Source of the DNA: Octopus sinensis
Lineage: Eukaryota
DNA length: 24,328 nt
Direction: 5' to 3'
NCBI RefSeq assembly: GCF_006345805.1
Contig: NW_021836714.1
Span: 1-24,328, forward strand
Of this stretch, positions 20,687 to 24,328 are shown piece after piece (within the stretch, counting starts at the first letter, position 1; every line of letters begins with the position of its first letter). The notes beneath the pieces are model-generated. The model was not told the DNA's origin and ran no database searches. It saw only the letters and a list, made by a program, of their open reading frames with translations. The position numbers and the translations under genes were made by a program.

Positions 20687-21124
20687 GGGCTACAGCAAAT
20701 ATTCTGCTCAATACCAGATTTGCTTGTCAGTTGTTTGACCATAACCAGTTGAGCTTACGATATGTGCATCTCTGATCATGAGCAGAAGTAGTGGGAGAGC
20801 ATCATAGCTGTGTGTTGAAAGGAATTCTTGGAGGTTTGGATAATTCACCTTTGGAAGCATGGGTTGTTCGTTCAACATCCTTAAACTATTCTTATTCAGG
20901 GACCTTTTGAGCGGGATGGGCTACTCGACCTGGAAAAAATTTCTAACTGAGCCCCACCTGCAAGGTCATGTGCTGTTTATCTTGATATGAGATCACCATG
21001 TCGCGCACATATGGTTGTGATGCATGTGCCTGGTGTACCCTTATCAGACGCGTAGTCATGATGGGTATACTGGGCTTCGTATATTTTACCCCTGTATCAC
21101 GTTGATGGCATACACTGCTCTCTC
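20687..21124 (+). mobile_element. (TAA)n-tailed element, copy 4 (short form, tail lost)
   Basis: Ends ...actgctctctc and is fused directly to the mariner continuation. Confidence 0.85.
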
Positions 21125-21304
21125 GGAGGCGTTAAAAGGCATCACTTCGCAAGAGTTCCAGGACTGCTTCGACCAGTGAAAAACGCGTCTGGACCGATTC
21201 ATTACTTTAAATGGCGAGTAATTTGATGGTGATAAAAGTGTAAACATGTAAAACTAAGTGAATATGATATTACAAAATTCCGTTTTCTTTTGGGTACCCA
21301 CTTA
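21125..21304 (+). mobile_element. Decayed mariner, right part (C-terminus and right TIR)
   Basis: Translates EALKGITSQEFQDCFDQ*KTRLDRFITLNGE*FDGD, continuing ...EEVKK from 18729. The reverse complement of 21278-21304 matches the left TIR at 19 of 27 positions, followed by TA. Confidence 0.85.
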
Positions 21305-21309
21305 TATAC

Positions 21310-23140
21310 ATGTGTGTGTGTATGTGTGTGTGTGAGTGTATGAATGTGTGTGTGAGTGTATGAATGTGTTGTGAGTGTATGAATGTGTGTGTGAGTGTAT
21401 GAATGTGTGTGTGAGTGTATGATGTTGTTGAGTGTATGAATGCGTGTGTGAGTGTATGAATGTGTGTGTGAGTGTATGAATGTGTGTGTGAGTGTATGAA
21501 TGTGTGTGTGAGTGTATGAATGTGTGTGTGAGTGTATGAATGTGTGTGTGAGTGTATGAATGTGTGTGTGAGTGTATGAATATGTGTGAGTGTATGAATG
21601 TGTGTGTGAGTGTATGAATATGTGTGAGTGTATGAATGTGTGTGTGAGTGTATGAATGTGTGTGTGAGTGTATGAATGTGTGTGTGAGTGTATGAATGTG
21701 TGTGTGAGTGTATGAATGTGTGTGTGAGTGTATGAATGTGTGTGTGAGTGTATGAATGTGTGTGAGTGTATGAATGTGTGTGTGAGTGTATGAATGTGTG
21801 TGAGTGTATGAATGTGTGTGTGAGTGTATGAATGTGTGTGTGAGTGTATGAATGTGTGTGTGAGTGTATGAATATGTGTGAGTGTATGAATGTGTGTGTG
21901 AGTGTATGAATGTGTGTGTGAGTGTATGAATGTGTGTGTGAGTGTATGAATGTGTGTGAGTGTATGAATGTGTGTGTGAGTGTATGAATGTGTGTGTGAG
22001 TGTATGAATGTGTGTGTGAGTGTATGAATATGTGTGAGTGTATGAATGTGTGTGTGAGTGTATGAATGTGTGTGTGAGTGTATGAATGTGTGTGTGAGTG
22101 TATGAATGTGTGTGTGAGTGTATGAATGTGTGTGAGTGTATGAATGTGTGTGTGAGTGTATGAATGTGTGTGTGAGTGTATGAATGTGTGTGTGAGTGTA
22201 TGAATGTGTGTGTGAGTGTATGAATGTGTGTGTGAGTGTATGAATGTGTGTGTGAGTGTATGAATGTGTGTGTGAGTGTATGAATATGTGTGAGTGTATG
22301 AATGTGTGTGTGAGTGTATGAATGTGTGTGTGAGTGTATGAATGTGTGTGTGAGTGTATGAATGTGTGTGTGAGTGTATGAATATGTGTGAGTGTATGAA
22401 TGTGTGTGTGAGTGTATGAATGTGTGTGTGAGTGTATGAATGTGTGTGTGAGTGTATGAATTGTGTGTGAGTGTATGAATGTGTGGTGTGAGTGTATGAA
22501 TATGTGTGAGTGTATGATGTGTGTGTGAGTGTATGAATGTGTGTGAGTGTATGAATGTGTGTGTGAGTGTATGAATGTGTGTGTGAGTGTATGAATGTGT
22601 GTGTGAGTGTATGAATATGTGTGAGTGTATGAATGTTGTGTGTGAGTGTATGAATGTGTGTGTGAGTGTATGAATGTGTGTGTGAGTGGTATGAATGTGG
22701 TGTGAGTGTATGAATGTGTGTGTGAGTGTATGAATGTGTGTGTGAGTGTATGAATGTGTGTGTGAGTGTATGAATGTATGTGTGAGTGTATGAATGTGTG
22801 TGTGAGTGTATGAATGTATGTGTGAGTGTATGAATGTGTGTGTGAGTGTATGAATGTGTGTGAGTGTATGAATGTGTGTGTGAGTGTATGAATGTGTGTG
22901 AGTGTATGAAGTGTGTGTGAGTGTATGAATGTGTGTTGTGAGTGTATGAATGTGTGTGTGAGTGTATGAATGTGTGGTGTGAGTGTATGAATGTGTGTGT
23001 GAGTGTATGAATGTGTGTGAGTGTATGAATGTTGTGTGGAGTGTATGAATGTGTGTGAGTGTATGATGTGTGTGTGAGTGTATGAATGTGTGTGTGAGAG
23101 TATGAATGTGTGTGTGAGTGTATGAATGTGTGTGTGTATA
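21310..23140. repeat. ~1.8-kb minisatellite, unit TGTGTGTGTGAGTGTATGAA (20 bp) with 18-bp variants
   Basis: Seen directly. Explains the 653-aa and 617-aa H/T-rich ORFs. Confidence 0.97.
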
Positions 23141-23224
23141 GCTACGTATATACATGCAAACATTTATATTTACCCATCTATCTCTCTTCTATCTATCTCA
23201 CCCTCATCGCTCCCTCCATTCCAC

Positions 23225-23242
23225 CGTCTCTCTGTCTCTCTA

Positions 23243-23297
<55 letters not shown>

Positions 23298-23298
23298 T
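23225..23298. repeat. (CT)n tract
   Basis: Seen directly. Confidence 0.9.
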
Positions 23299-23561
23299 TA
23301 TATGTGACCATTTGATACCATATTCTGCTTCGTTCAGCCTATTGTTCCCGTGTGCACCTTTAATGACGTTATTGATAAAAACGCCATTAATGTACCCATA
23401 ATCAGCATTATCGTTTACCTTATCAAACAAGCATCACCGGCTCGATGCATTATTATTACATGCGAGATCAGTAAATTAGTGCTAATTTCCCCTCGCCAAT
23501 GAAGCGAGTGCAACCATATCTAGTCACTCACACTTTCACACTCAGTCACACGGAGGACACT

Positions 23562-24080
23562 ATACATACATATAGACATATATATATATATATATATATA
23601 TAATTATATATATATATATTATATATAATATATATATATATATTTATATATGTATATATATATGTATATATGTATATATATATGTGGTGTGTATATATAT
23701 ATATATATGTATGTGTGTGTATATATATATGTATATATGTACGTATATATATATGTGTGTATATATATATAATATATATATATATATGTATATATATTTA
23801 TGTATATATATATGTATATATGTATATATGTATATGTATATATGTATATATGTATGTATATATATATATGTGTGTGTGTGTATATATAATATATGTGTGT
23901 GTGTATATATTATATGTATATAAGTGATATGTATTTATGTATATATGTATATGTATATTGTATAATTAGATATATATATATATATATATATAATATATAT
24001 ATATGCATAATATGTATATATATATATTATATATAATATATAATATATATATATGCATATATATGTATAATAATATATAG

Positions 24081-24111
<31 letters not shown>

Positions 24112-24205
24112 TATGTATATATATGTATATTATATTATACATATATAGTATATATAATATATATATTATATATATTATACATATATATGATATAATATAT
24201 ATAGT
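23562..24205. repeat. (TA)n-derived AT-rich low-complexity tract
   Basis: Seen directly. Confidence 0.95.
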
Positions 24206-24328
24206 GTTGTGGATATGGGGATTAACTGTTGAACTGGACGGACGTCTATTTGTTTCTCTCCCGAGTCAGTAGCAAGCTACACAGCTTCAAAACTAACTGA
24301 CCTTAATATATATATATTTGTAACCACG

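Noticed and set aside
21202-23163. 653-aa and 617-aa His/Thr-rich ORFs
   Set aside because: Translations of the 20-bp minisatellite.

Overview
Repeat-saturated animal genomic DNA, probably a coleoid cephalopod such as Octopus (inferred from the microsatellite density and SINE types, not from a search). Almost every long ORF in the six-frame track is a microsatellite artefact. The one credible host coding exon is at 1765-2245 (+). It encodes a Ser/Pro-rich peptide with an eh1 Groucho-binding motif (FSIDAIL) and ends at a perfect splice donor, so it probably belongs to a developmental transcriptional repressor. I found no DNA-binding-domain exon in the window. The rest is a layered record of mobile DNA: a 5'-truncated R4/Dong-type retrotransposon in a (TAA)n tract that the ORF track missed, three distinct mariner derivatives, a Helentron-type non-autonomous element, three tRNA-SINE families and a ~388-bp foldback. 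One mariner is split by a 2.4-kb array of four (TAA)n-flanked non-coding elements. I cannot claim a demonstrably new biological system. The best leads are the (TAA)n-associated element array, the foldback and the eh1 exon.
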